From Verrucomicrobiia bacterium (GTDB lineage: Bacteria > Verrucomicrobiota > Verrucomicrobiia > Limisphaerales > UBA11358): DNA of 64,000 nucleotides. The stretch covers positions 9,932 to 73,931 of the forward strand of contig DASZAB010000134.1 in assembly GCA_035945675.1 (NCBI GenBank), written 5' to 3'. A model generated the notes under the pieces. That model did no database searches. It had not been told where the DNA came from and worked only from the letters and a program-made list of their open reading frames with translations. Every line of letters begins with the position of its first letter. The stretch's first letter is position 1. A program made the position numbers and the translations under genes. Below, in pieces: positions 45,671-54,503 of the stretch.

Positions 45671-47488
45671 ATGAAAAAACCAATTTCAATTAAATTCCTT
45701 TGCAGTTCAGTAATCCTGGCCTGGGCATTGATTGGTGTTCTCTCAGTACAAAATTCCAATGCCCAGACACAACCGGCCCCACCGCCAAACGCCGATCTCG
45801 TCCCTGCGGCTCCGGACAACGCCTCAACGGCCGGCACCTTGCCGCCAGACATTGATCCCGACAGCCCGCTGGCACAAGTCATCCGGCTGGTGCAGGCCGG
45901 TGTCGAGCAAAGCGTGATTTTGTCGTACATCGGCAACTCCATGAATCCGTTCAACCTCAATGCGGACCAGATTATTTACCTGAATGACCTGGGTGTACCG
46001 ACAGAAATTGTCACCGCCATGCAGCAGCGTGATCTGCAATTGCAGCAGATGGGCGTGACGACGGCCGCCACGGCCGCGCCGCCTCCTGAAACAACCTCAA
46101 CCCCGACGACGCAACCGGCCGAGGTCACGGTGAATTATTTTTACGACAACCTCGCGCCCTATGGCGGCTGGGTGAATTTCCAGGGTTACGGCTGGTGCTG
46201 GCGGCCAACGATTGTCGTTTACAACACTGGTTGGCAACCCTACTGCGACAACGGACATTGGGTTTATACCGATTACGGTTGGTATTGGGTTTCAGGCTAT
46301 TCCTGGGGTTGGGCGACATTTCACTACGGTCGCTGGTTTCATCATCCGCGCTACGGCTGGTGCTGGCGCCCGGATACGACCTGGGCGCCATCCTGGGTGC
46401 TCTGGCGCCATGACCGGGATTACTGTGGCTGGGCGCCATTGCCGCCCCATGCGGTTTATCAATCGGGGGTTGGGTTCGTTTATCAAGGTCACGCGGTCAA
46501 CGCCGGTTTTGACTTCGGTCTGAACGCGGGCGCCTTTACGTTCGTGGCTACAAAAGACTTCTACGATCCGCATCCACGACGTCATCGCATCCAGGCGGGT
46601 GAGGTAGCGCGGATTTACAATCAAACCACAATGATTAACAACGTCAGATTTGACAGTCACCATCAGGGCATCGTCAATGCCGGCATCCCGCCGCACGACA
46701 TTACCGCTGTCACCCGGCGGGAGATTCATCCGGTCACCATTCAGGCCGGGAATGGCAATGTTGCGTGGGGCGGCCGGCATGAACAATTTGAGCGCAATCG
46801 AAACACACTGGTTGTGAATCGACCGCGCTTTGTCGGCACTCCGGTTCTGTCAGTGCATCAGGGAACTCCGCCGACAACCCAACCCCGGCAAAACACATTT
46901 CAGCCCGTGGTCCGCGGAAATGCAAACAACGGGCCTGCACACCAGGTGAATCCAGGGCAAATCAATTCGCCTCACCAGAATGTTAACCAAAATCCTTATC
47001 AAAATTTCAACCGGACCCCGCCGCGAATGCCGCAGACTCAGCAGCCGGTGGTTCCGCACGTCAACACGCCTGCCCCGCAGGCACCCAATAATTCAGCTCC
47101 TGCGCCGCACGGAAATTATTCGGGTTGGCCGGCTCAAAATCAGAGGCCGAACTACTATTACAACAATCCCGGCAACCGGGTTTTGACCCCGAGGGCGCGG
47201 GGTTTTGAACAACAGGCACCGCATGGGAACACCACGGTACCACAATCTCCTACCGGTTCCTCCACCGCCAATCATTATTCTCCGCCGGCTGGGCAGCCGC
47301 AAAATAATTATGCGCCGCCGTCGAATGAATCCCGTTACCAGAACCAGAATTCCAATCGTTCTGATTCTCATTCCGAGTCAACGCGGTCGGCGGTCCAGCC
47401 TCACGCGCCATCCCAACCTTCCCCGTCATCGTCGCCAGCGTCCGGTAAACCGGGCCAGAACCAGAACAACGGCCGGGGCGGACATTGA
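45671..47488 (+). CDS. Secreted protein with a W/Y/G-rich repeat core and a Q/N/P-rich low-complexity tail
   Basis: Signal peptide MKKPISIKFLCSSVILAWALIGVLSV. Core GWCWRPTIVVYNTGWQPYCDNGHWVYTDYGWYWVSGYSWGWATFHYGRWFHHPRYGWCWRP. The last ~200 aa are dominated by Q, N and P. Confidence 0.65.
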   Translation: MKKPISIKFLCSSVILAWALIGVLSVQNSNAQTQPAPPPNADLVPAAPDNASTAGTLPPDIDPDSPLAQVIRLVQAGVEQSVILSYIGNSMNPFNLNADQIIYLNDLGVPTEIVTAMQQRDLQLQQMGVTTAATAAPPPETTSTPTTQPAEVTVNYFYDNLAPYGGWVNFQGYGWCWRPTIVVYNTGWQPYCDNGHWVYTDYGWYWVSGYSWGWATFHYGRWFHHPRYGWCWRPDTTWAPSWVLWRHDRDYCGWAPLPPHAVYQSGVGFVYQGHAVNAGFDFGLNAGAFTFVATKDFYDPHPRRHRIQAGEVARIYNQTTMINNVRFDSHHQGIVNAGIPPHDITAVTRREIHPVTIQAGNGNVAWGGRHEQFERNRNTLVVNRPRFVGTPVLSVHQGTPPTTQPRQNTFQPVVRGNANNGPAHQVNPGQINSPHQNVNQNPYQNFNRTPPRMPQTQQPVVPHVNTPAPQAPNNSAPAPHGNYSGWPAQNQRPNYYYNNPGNRVLTPRARGFEQQAPHGNTTVPQSPTGSSTANHYSPPAGQPQNNYAPPSNESRYQNQNSNRSDSHSESTRSAVQPHAPSQPSPSSSPASGKPGQNQNNGRGGH

Positions 47489-47691
47489 AGTTCCGCTGTT
47501 TTGAAGGCACGGCCGGGTGGAAATCAAACGGCTTTTTTCTTTCGTAACTTTTCCGTGAGGGGCAAAATACGCGCGTGGGCATCACCCGGCGGCAATACGA
47601 ACAAATACAGCAGCGCCTCGGCGGCGCGACCGCGCGTGCCGCAGTGCCTGCTTTTGCGGCGAGCCTGCGGGTGCCGGCCTCCACTCACCGT

Positions 47692-48186
47692 GTGATTCTC
47701 GGCGTGGATCCGTCCCTGCGTGGCACCGGCTACGGCGTCATCCGGTGGGCCAAACCGCACCCGGTCGCACTCGGCCATGGGACGATTTCCTGCCCGCAAA
47801 ATTGGGAGCACTCCCGCTGCCTCGTCAAAATTGTGGAAACCCTGCGTGAGGTCTTGAAACAACATCACCCCGCCGTCTGCGTGGTCGAAGGGCTCTTCTT
47901 TGCGCAAAATCTCCAAACCGCCATCGTCCTGGGTGAAGCGCGCGGCGCGGCGCTCGCGGTCATCGCCGAAGCCGGTCTGGAAATTTTTGAAATCGCCCCA
48001 CGCAAGGTGAAGCAGGCCGTCGTCGGCTACGGCGCGGCGCAAAAATCCGCCGTTGCCAGAATGGTCCAGCGTTTATTAAACCTGCCCAAACCACCCGCAC
48101 CGGACGCCGCCGACGCTTTGGCGCTGGCACTGGCCCACGCGCAGGAAAACTCGCGATATAATTTAACGCCGCCAAAACGCATATGA
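47692..48186 (+). CDS. ruvC: Holliday junction resolvase RuvC
   Basis: ILGVDPSLRGTGYGVI is the catalytic Asp motif. I prefer the in-frame GTG at 47692, which gives a typical 164 aa protein. The ORF is open from 47575, so a longer N-terminus cannot be excluded. Confidence 0.82.
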   Translation: MILGVDPSLRGTGYGVIRWAKPHPVALGHGTISCPQNWEHSRCLVKIVETLREVLKQHHPAVCVVEGLFFAQNLQTAIVLGEARGAALAVIAEAGLEIFEIAPRKVKQAVVGYGAAQKSAVARMVQRLLNLPKPPAPDAADALALALAHAQENSRYNLTPPKRI

Positions 48187-48220
48187 ATCCTTTATCCGGC
48201 GTTGTTCATTCCGCCCCGGT

Positions 48221-48826
48221 ATGATCACCTTTCTTCACGGCAAACTCGTCGAGTCGCTGCCCACGCAGGTCATTGTGGATGTGAACGGCGTCGGCTACGA
48301 GGTTCTGATTCCGCTGTCGTCCTTTGACAAGTTGCCGCCGTCGGGCCAGGACGTGAAATTGCTCACCCAACTCGTCATTCGCGAAGACGCACACACGCTT
48401 TATGGCTTCATGACCATGGTGGAACGCGATTTGTTCCGCCTGCTCGTCAATACCGTCTCCGGCATCGGTCCCAAAACCGCGTTGAACATCCTGAGTGGCA
48501 TGAATCCGGTCGCGTTCCGTGGCGCGGTCGCCGGCGGCGATGTAAAATCGCTTTCACAAATCTCCGGCGTCGGCAGGAAGACCGCCGAGCGCATCGTTGT
48601 CGAGTTGCGCGACAAAATCGGCGCGGCGGGCGCGTGGGAAGCCGCCAGCGCCAAACACGCGCTTTCGCCCGACGACCAAAAAGTCAACGACGCCGTGCTG
48701 GCGCTCATGGCGCTTGGCTTTAAACAGGTTGAGGCGCACGACGCCGTCCGGGCCGCACAAACCATGCTCGGCGCAAAGGCAACCGTGGAAGAACTCGTGC
48801 GGGCTTGCCTGAAAAAAGGTGCGTGA
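48221..48826 (+). CDS. ruvA: Holliday junction branch migration complex subunit RuvA
   Basis: MITFLHGKLVE...VDVNGVGYEV OB domain. HhH motifs (VSGIGPKTALNIL, ISGVGRKTAERIVVEL). Domain III. Confidence 0.9.
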   Translation: MITFLHGKLVESLPTQVIVDVNGVGYEVLIPLSSFDKLPPSGQDVKLLTQLVIREDAHTLYGFMTMVERDLFRLLVNTVSGIGPKTALNILSGMNPVAFRGAVAGGDVKSLSQISGVGRKTAERIVVELRDKIGAAGAWEAASAKHALSPDDQKVNDAVLALMALGFKQVEAHDAVRAAQTMLGAKATVEELVRACLKKGA

Positions 48827-49551
48827 TGGATGCCGCAAACCTGCGACCACCAGCGCCGGTTACCCGTCACCGACGCCGGAAATCCGGCGTGGTTGTCCCC
48901 AATTCACCGAAATGGCATCAACGGCTCGGCGCCTGGATCATTTGGGCCATGCTGCGCGCAGTGGCGGCGACGCTGCGTTACCATGTCAATGATCCACACG
49001 GGTTCACCGCGCGAAAAGATTTCGAGCAGGCGATTTATTGTATCTGGCACAACCGCCTCGCGCTTTCCCTGAAATTATACTTCGCCTTGGGGCGCAGGTA
49101 TCATCAGTCGGCCGGGCTGGCCGGCCTGGTGAGTGCCAGCAGGGACGGCGCGCTCCTCGCGGCGATCCTTGAACGTTTCGGTGTGCTGCCGGTGCGCGGA
49201 TCCAGCAGCCGGCGCGGTCCGCAGGCGCTGCTGGAATTGACCACCTGGGCGGAGCGCGGTTATGACCTGGCCATTACGCCAGACGGCCCGCGCGGCCCGA
49301 GTTATGTGGTCCAGGAAGGCGCCATGTCGCTGGCGCAAGTCACCGGCCTGCCCGTCGTGCCGGTGTCCTATTACTTGAGCTGGAAAATCCGCGCCAACAG
49401 CTGGGATCGTTTTCAAATTCCCCTGCCGTTTTCACGCTGTGAAGTCACCGTTGGCCATGTCCTGCGCGTTCCCCGCGAGGCCACCGATGCCGAACGCGAG
49501 GCTTTGCGCCAGCAGCTTGAAGCCGACCTGGTCGCCATTTCGCGGGATTAA
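48826..49551 (+). CDS. DUF374 (lysophospholipid-acyltransferase-like) protein
   Basis: Start at ATG 48826, overlapping the ruvA stop (TGATG). IWHNRLAL...SASRDGALLAAILERFG...RGSSSRRG...ITPDGPRGP is the DUF374 pattern. Confidence 0.7.
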   Translation: MDAANLRPPAPVTRHRRRKSGVVVPNSPKWHQRLGAWIIWAMLRAVAATLRYHVNDPHGFTARKDFEQAIYCIWHNRLALSLKLYFALGRRYHQSAGLAGLVSASRDGALLAAILERFGVLPVRGSSSRRGPQALLELTTWAERGYDLAITPDGPRGPSYVVQEGAMSLAQVTGLPVVPVSYYLSWKIRANSWDRFQIPLPFSRCEVTVGHVLRVPREATDAEREALRQQLEADLVAISRD

Positions 49552-49553
49552 AA

Positions 49554-49633
49554 ATGTGACCTGTGAGAAGTGACATGAAAAATGCCAGCGCGACCTTGTT
49601 TGTTCTTGTCACCGGTCACCTTTCACGCGTGAC
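49554..49633. repeat. GTGAC-periodic inverted repeat between the DUF374 gene and priA
   Basis: The left arm ATGTGACCTGTGAGAAGTGACATG pairs with the right arm GTCACCGGTCACCTTTCACGCGTGAC. It ends 6 nt before the priA ATG. Confidence 0.6.
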
Positions 49634-49639
49634 CGGATT

Positions 49640-51973
49640 ATGATTGCCCGAGTCAGTCTGGAAATCGCGCTCCGCAAGGAATTTGATTATCTGATTCCGC
49701 CCGGATTAGCGGAACAAATTGAGGCCGGCAGCCGCGTGCAGGTGCCGTTTGGCGCACGGAAGGTTTTTGGGACCGTCACCGCACTCGTGGAGGAATCGGC
49801 CTTTGCGAAGCTCAAACCCATTCTGAAAGTCATCGGCGCACAATCGCTCGTCACGCCGAAAGTGTTGAAATTGGCGCGCTGGATTGCCGATTATTACTGT
49901 TGTGCGCCGGAAATCGCGCTGAAATCCGTCCTGCCCGAAGCCGTGCGCAAAAAGGAGGGAGGCTGGAAGAAACAACTATTCGTCCGTGCGCTGACGGTTG
50001 GCGGCGAATTTCCGAAGCTGCCGAAACGCCAGCAGGAAGTCTGGAACCTCATCGAAGAGCGACGCGAATTGCCGCTGACGGAACTGGTCGAGCTGGCCGA
50101 AACCACGGCCACCACCGTCCGGAAGCTCGAAGACCGCGGTCTGGTGGAAGTCACTGCGGAAATTTCCGAACGCGATCCCTACGCGCACGAACATATTCTG
50201 CCGACGCAACCGCTGTCCTTGAACCCGGCCCAATCCGTTGCGCTGGAGAAAATTAAAAGCCGGATATCGGAAGTCAGAAGTCAGAAGCCGGAAACCGGAA
50301 GTCTGACCTCCGACCTCCGACCACCGACTTCCGTCTTCCTCCTCCACGGCGTCACCGGCTCCGGCAAAACCGAAGTTTATCTCCAGGCCCTCGCGCACGC
50401 GCTCGAACAGGGCCGGGGTGCCATTGTGCTGGTGCCGGAAATTTCACTCACGCCACAGACCGTCGAACGATTCAAGGCGCGCTTCAGTTCCGGCAAACTC
50501 CAGACCCTCGTCGCGGTTTTACATTCGCATCTTTCCGCCGGTGAACGGCACGACGAGTGGCACAAAATTCGCCAGGGTCGTGCCCGCATTGTGATTGGCG
50601 CGCGCTCGGCAATTTTTGCGCCGGTCGAGCCGCTGGGGCTGATCATTGTGGACGAGGAGCACGAGCACACTTACAAGCAGGAGGAAGCACCGCGTTACCA
50701 CGCGCGCGACGTGGCCATCATGCGCGGCCGGATGGAAAACGCCGTCGTCGTACTCGGCTCGGCCACGCCGTCGCTCGAAAGCTATTACAACTGCAAAAGG
50801 GGCAAATACACCTTGCTCGAACTTCCGGAACGCGTGGATAACCAGAAAATGCCGCATGTCCGCGTCGTGGACATGCGGCAGGCGGCCAGGGAAAAAGGGC
50901 CGCCGATTTTTTCACCACAACTCAAGGAAGCTATCACGCAAAGGCTCGAGCGCGGTGAGCAGACGATTTTATTTTTGAATCGGCGCGGTTATTCCACAGC
51001 CCTGCAATGCCCGAAGTGCGGATTCGTTGCGAACTGCCCGAATTGCAGCCTCGCGCTGACTTACCATCGCATCGAACAAAGGCTATCCTGCCACATTTGC
51101 GGCCATAACGAGAAAGTTCCGTCCGTTTGCCCGAACGGGAAATGCAAAAACCCGGCCATCCGTTTTGCCGGCACCGGTACGCAAAAAGTCGAGGAAACGC
51201 TGGCGAAACTGTTTCCCGACGCCCGCGTCCGGCGCATGGACGCCGACACGATGAAACGCAAAGACGATTACCGGAAAACGCTCGGCGACTTTCGCGCCGG
51301 CAAGACCGACATCCTGGTCGGCACGCAGATGATTGCCAAGGGATTGCATTTCCCGAACGTAACGCTCGTGGGCATCATTTACGCCGATCTCGCGCTGCAT
51401 CAGCCGGATTTTCGCGCCGGCGAGCGCACTTTCCAGCTCCTCACCCAGGTGGCCGGACGCGCCGGACGCGGCGACGTGGAAGGCGAAGTGTTTGTGCAGG
51501 CGTTCGCACCGTTTCATCCCGCCATCCAATACGCGCGCCGCCATGATTTCACGGGTTTTTACGAACAGGAAGTCGAGTTCCGCGAGCAATTGAAATACCC
51601 GCCCGTCAGCCGGGTCGCGTTGCTCACGCTCAAAGGCCGCAACGAAGACAAGGTGAAATTTTCTGCCGAACATTTGAAACGCGAATTGGAGAAGAACCTG
51701 ACGGGTGTGGAACCCCTCTCCTGTCCCGCGGACACCCTCTCCCCACCCGGCGGGGAGAGGGCCGGGGCGAGGGGCGCATTCAAGGATTTAATACTCGCCG
51801 GACCCGCGCCGGCGCCGTTGTTGCGCGCGGAACAATATTATCGCTACCAAATCATGCTGCGAACACGCGCGATGAGCAAACTCAGCCAGAGGCTGGCGAA
51901 AATCATCGAAACACTCGCGTTACCGGACGATGTAACATTATCAGTGGACATTGACCCGGTGAATTTAGGATGA
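49640..51973 (+). CDS. priA: Primosomal replication-restart helicase PriA
   Basis: Walker A GVTGSGKTEVY. DEEHE box. Cys-rich zinc region CPKCGFVANCPNCSLALTYH...CHICGH. Two extra segments are encoded by repeat elements (50268-50333 and 51713-51774). Confidence 0.92.
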   Translation: MIARVSLEIALRKEFDYLIPPGLAEQIEAGSRVQVPFGARKVFGTVTALVEESAFAKLKPILKVIGAQSLVTPKVLKLARWIADYYCCAPEIALKSVLPEAVRKKEGGWKKQLFVRALTVGGEFPKLPKRQQEVWNLIEERRELPLTELVELAETTATTVRKLEDRGLVEVTAEISERDPYAHEHILPTQPLSLNPAQSVALEKIKSRISEVRSQKPETGSLTSDLRPPTSVFLLHGVTGSGKTEVYLQALAHALEQGRGAIVLVPEISLTPQTVERFKARFSSGKLQTLVAVLHSHLSAGERHDEWHKIRQGRARIVIGARSAIFAPVEPLGLIIVDEEHEHTYKQEEAPRYHARDVAIMRGRMENAVVVLGSATPSLESYYNCKRGKYTLLELPERVDNQKMPHVRVVDMRQAAREKGPPIFSPQLKEAITQRLERGEQTILFLNRRGYSTALQCPKCGFVANCPNCSLALTYHRIEQRLSCHICGHNEKVPSVCPNGKCKNPAIRFAGTGTQKVEETLAKLFPDARVRRMDADTMKRKDDYRKTLGDFRAGKTDILVGTQMIAKGLHFPNVTLVGIIYADLALHQPDFRAGERTFQLLTQVAGRAGRGDVEGEVFVQAFAPFHPAIQYARRHDFTGFYEQEVEFREQLKYPPVSRVALLTLKGRNEDKVKFSAEHLKRELEKNLTGVEPLSCPADTLSPPGGERAGARGAFKDLILAGPAPAPLLRAEQYYRYQIMLRTRAMSKLSQRLAKIIETLALPDDVTLSVDIDPVNLG
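50268..50333 (+). repeat. Heptamer-periodic hairpin element (AGAAGTC / GACCTCC family), in frame in priA
   Basis: Left arm CGGAAGTC AGAAGTC AGAAGCC GGAAACC; right arm GACCTCC GACCTCC GACCACC GACTTCCG. The outer 8 bp pair perfectly. Confidence 0.8.
51713..51774. repeat. GC-rich CCCTCTCCCC/GGGGAGAGGG hairpin element, in frame in priA
   Basis: Perfect hairpin CCCTCTCCCC-acccggc-GGGGAGAGGG, nested in CCCCTC...GAGGGG. Translated LSCPADTLSPPGGERAGARG. Confidence 0.75.
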
Positions 51974-52302
51974 ATCAGAAATTGAAACACTCAGTCTTTG
52001 AGTCATGTGAAGCGTGTGAAAGCGACCGCGAAGCGACGTGCCAAATCCGAGGCTGAATTGCTGGATTACGCCACGAACAACCTGTTGTGTGCACTCAAGC
52101 GATATGCAGAAGAAGAACTGCCGCGTGGACTGCGGCAAACTTCGCCAAGACGGCTACAGTGATCGATTGCTGACCCGGCTGGAACGCGCCTGATTTCTAC
52201 TCATTTCTGCGAAGTCGCATAAACTCCGAAACGGTATTATGGAGCAGCTGCGCTGCTTCGCGTGCCAGCGGCAAGGCAACCATATCGAATTTTGGGAGCC
52301 GG

Positions 52303-52857
52303 TCATTTTTTCAATCCCCTTTGCCACAAATCGAAATGATACAACGCGACGACGACAAGGGAATGGCCGATTTTTTCGTCGGAGACGAGTTTCGGAATTT
52401 CCGCCACCGGCACTAACCGCGTCACCAAATCCTCGGCATGGTCCCAATCCACCTTGTGTTTCAGCCGGCAATTTTCAATCAGCACGGTGTAGGTAAAGTT
52501 GCTCATGATGGCCGGGTTGGACCAGATTTTGCCGAGCAGGCGCGCGTTTTCACCTTCGTAGCCGGTTTCCTCGCGCAGTTCGCGCACGGCAGTCGCTACC
52601 GGTTCGGTCTCGCCCGGATCCATCATGCCGCCGGGAATCTCCAATTCGATGGTGTTCGAGCCGTGCCGGAATTGCTCGACCATCACGAGCTGCTGGTCAG
52701 GCGTAACGGCGATGACGTTGACCCAATTGACGCTGTCGAGAACATAAAAATCATGCGCCTTGCCGGTGCGCGGTGAAATGCTCACGTCGGAGCGCAGCTT
52801 GAAGACGCGGAAATCGCCGATGGGCGTCGAGCGGATTTTTTTCCAGGGCCTGATCAT
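52303..52857 (-). CDS. NUDIX hydrolase (ADP-ribose pyrophosphatase-like)
   Basis: Nudix box GGMMDPGETEPVATAVRELREETGY. Confidence 0.85.
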   Translation of the reverse strand: MIRPWKKIRSTPIGDFRVFKLRSDVSISPRTGKAHDFYVLDSVNWVNVIAVTPDQQLVMVEQFRHGSNTIELEIPGGMMDPGETEPVATAVRELREETGYEGENARLLGKIWSNPAIMSNFTYTVLIENCRLKHKVDWDHAEDLVTRLVPVAEIPKLVSDEKIGHSLVVVALYHFDLWQRGLKK

Positions 52858-52950
52858 TTACGATTTATGATTTACGATTGACGATTGACGTCAACACAAA
52901 CCGCTTCCGCCACGAAGGGCAATCATAAATCATCAATCGTAAATCATAAA
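52858..52950. repeat. Inverted pair of AATCGTAAAT-type elements between the NUDIX gene and the small gene
   Basis: The left arm TTTACGATTTATGATTTACGATTGACGATTGACG pairs with the right arm CAATCATAAATCATCAATCGTAAATCATAAA. Read on the minus strand, the left arm gives AATCGTAAATCATAAATCGTAA-ATG, directly before the NUDIX start. Confidence 0.75.
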
Positions 52951-53135
52951 TGTTTTGGCGCTGCCCAACCCTGACGCATAAGATTCAGCAAGTGTTTGAG
53001 CGCCTCGTCGTAGGAGCGGCCTTTTTGTTCGGCCAGCTGGCGGGCGCGCTTATCCAGTTGCGCGGCCATTTCGGCGGATTTTTCGGCAGGACAGCCGAGC
53101 GCTGCCAGGGTTTTGGCCAGTTCAGAAATTTCCAT
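52944..53135 (-). CDS. Small hypothetical protein (63 aa)
   Basis: MEISELAKTLAALGCPAEKSAEMAAQLDKRARQLAEQKGRSYDEALKHLLNLMRQGW. Helical, good GC3, no family recognised. The start was chosen to exclude the upstream repeat element. Confidence 0.4.
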   Translation of the reverse strand: MEISELAKTLAALGCPAEKSAEMAAQLDKRARQLAEQKGRSYDEALKHLLNLMRQGWAAPKHL

Positions 53136-53141
53136 AAAACT

Positions 53142-53212
53142 GTGGCAGTGGACGTCAGTCCGCTCCAATTTTGGACAAAATTCAATATGAGCCGACTCAC
53201 ATCGGCTGCTAC
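53142..53212 (+). repeat. Twin-hairpin element (GTAGCAGC...GCTGCTAC family), copy 3, intergenic
   Basis: GTGGC-AGTGGAC-gtca-GTCCGCT-C ... G-AGCCGAC-tcac-ATCGGCT-GCTAC. Lies between the ppiB stop and the small-gene start. Confidence 0.8.
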
Positions 53213-53216
53213 AAAA

Positions 53217-53732
53217 TCATTTCCCGGCGTCGGCGGAAACGATGTTGATGCTGATGACGCCAACCCGTTTCTGCGGCTTGCTCTGCTCGCCGGAACCACC
53301 GGAGCCCACCGGCGTGCCGGCGATCTTCGCCAACACGTCATCGCCTTTGATCAACTTGCCGAACGCGGTGTATTGGCGGTCCAGAAACGAGGCGTCGCCG
53401 TCACAGATGAAAAACTGGCTGCCGGCGGAATCAGGGTTCGCACTGCGCGCCATGGAAATGACACCGCGTTGGTGGGAGCGGTCGTTGAACTCGGCCCGGA
53501 TCTGGTAGCCCGGCCCGCCCGTGCCCCAACGATTTTCGGCAGCCGGATCTTTCGTCAGCGGGTCGCCGCCTTGAATCATAAAGCCCTTGATGATGCGGTG
53601 AAAACAGGTGCCGTCATAAAAACCTTTTTGGGCGAGGGTTTTGAAATTTTCGACGGTCTTGGGCGCAACGTCGGGCCAAAATTCAATGACCATTTCGCCT
53701 TCGGTGGTGGTGATGTGGGCAAGTTCACTCAT
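53217..53732 (-). CDS. ppiB: Cytoplasmic cyclophilin-type peptidyl-prolyl isomerase
   Basis: FHRIIKGFMIQGGDP and SMARSANPDSAGSQFFI motifs. 171 aa. Confidence 0.9.
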   Translation of the reverse strand: MSELAHITTTEGEMVIEFWPDVAPKTVENFKTLAQKGFYDGTCFHRIIKGFMIQGGDPLTKDPAAENRWGTGGPGYQIRAEFNDRSHQRGVISMARSANPDSAGSQFFICDGDASFLDRQYTAFGKLIKGDDVLAKIAGTPVGSGGSGEQSKPQKRVGVISINIVSADAGK

Positions 53733-53738
53733 AAATCA

Positions 53739-54452
53739 TTATCTGGTGGGGTTGTTCCTGTCGGGCAATTCCATTGATACGATGGTCGCGGACCTGATGT
53801 AATCCAGGTTGGGAAAATCCTTTTTCAAGTAGGCGTTGCCTTCCATCTGGATGCGGCCCTGATCCGGCCCGCGGCCGCCGGGAGCGCCTTCGCCATACTC
53901 GCCATTGATTTTGTCCACCACGTTCATCCCTTCACTCACTTTGCCGAACGGCGCAAAACCATCCCCATCGAGTCGGGAGTTGTCGCCATAATTGATGAAC
54001 AACTGCGTGGTGCGCGTGTTGGGGCCGGCGGTGGCGAAGGTGATGGTGCCCCGTGTGTTGCTGCCCTTGACGGGATCATCGGGAATCGTCGCCTCGCGCC
54101 ACTTCGCCGAGACACTCGGGTCACCGTGGATGCCGAACTGGCACATGAAACCAGGGATCACCCGGAAAAAGGCGACGCCGGTGAAATAGCCTGAACGAAC
54201 CAGGTTATAAAAACGGTCCGCACCGTTGGGCGCAAGCGAGCGGGTGACATCAATGGTGAATTTACCCTTGGTGGTATCGAACTGCACCTTGAACGTCTCG
54301 GGTGCCTTCGCGGTAAGTTTGGCCGGGTCGGCAAAGCCCGGTGAAGCCGCCGATGGCTTCTCCTTGGTTACCGGCGGCTTGGCATCTTCGGCTTTGGTCG
54401 CGACTACGGCGGCCAACAGGCCGAGCGCACAAAGTAAATTGATCATTTTCAT
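53739..54452 (-). CDS. Secreted cyclophilin-type peptidyl-prolyl isomerase
   Basis: Start at MKMINLLCALGLLAAVVA (signal peptide). FFRVIPGFMCQFG and FATAGPNTRTTQLFIN motifs. Confidence 0.85.
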   Translation of the reverse strand: MKMINLLCALGLLAAVVATKAEDAKPPVTKEKPSAASPGFADPAKLTAKAPETFKVQFDTTKGKFTIDVTRSLAPNGADRFYNLVRSGYFTGVAFFRVIPGFMCQFGIHGDPSVSAKWREATIPDDPVKGSNTRGTITFATAGPNTRTTQLFINYGDNSRLDGDGFAPFGKVSEGMNVVDKINGEYGEGAPGGRGPDQGRIQMEGNAYLKKDFPNLDYIRSATIVSMELPDRNNPTR

Positions 54453-54503
54453 GGCCGGAGAATTTTCCACGCACGCGGCGAAAAGTCACGCCCGGAATTC
54501 ACG

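Noticed and set aside
45484-47600. A possible genomic island or integration site at tRNA-Arg(CCU).
   Set aside because: There is no integrase, no duplicated tRNA 3' end (att-like direct repeat) and no compositional shift downstream. The flanking genes are ordinary chromosomal genes (a secreted protein and ruvCA).
47575-47691. A 39-codon N-terminal extension of ruvC (ORF open from GTG 47575).
   Set aside because: The RuvC catalytic motif begins right after the in-frame GTG at 47692, and that start gives the canonical ~164 aa length. The extension is Ala/Arg-rich with no homology signal. It is kept only as an alternative.
52239-52313. The peptide MEQLRCFACQRQGNHIEFWE resembles the second half of a CHC2 (primase-type) zinc finger. 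Short ORFs also lie at 51970-52160 in the priA-NUDIX convergent gap.
   Set aside because: Only ~20 residues match. The first CxH half is absent, upstream frames are broken by stops, and the ORF then runs antisense into the NUDIX gene. At best this is a decayed gene fragment and it cannot be supported.
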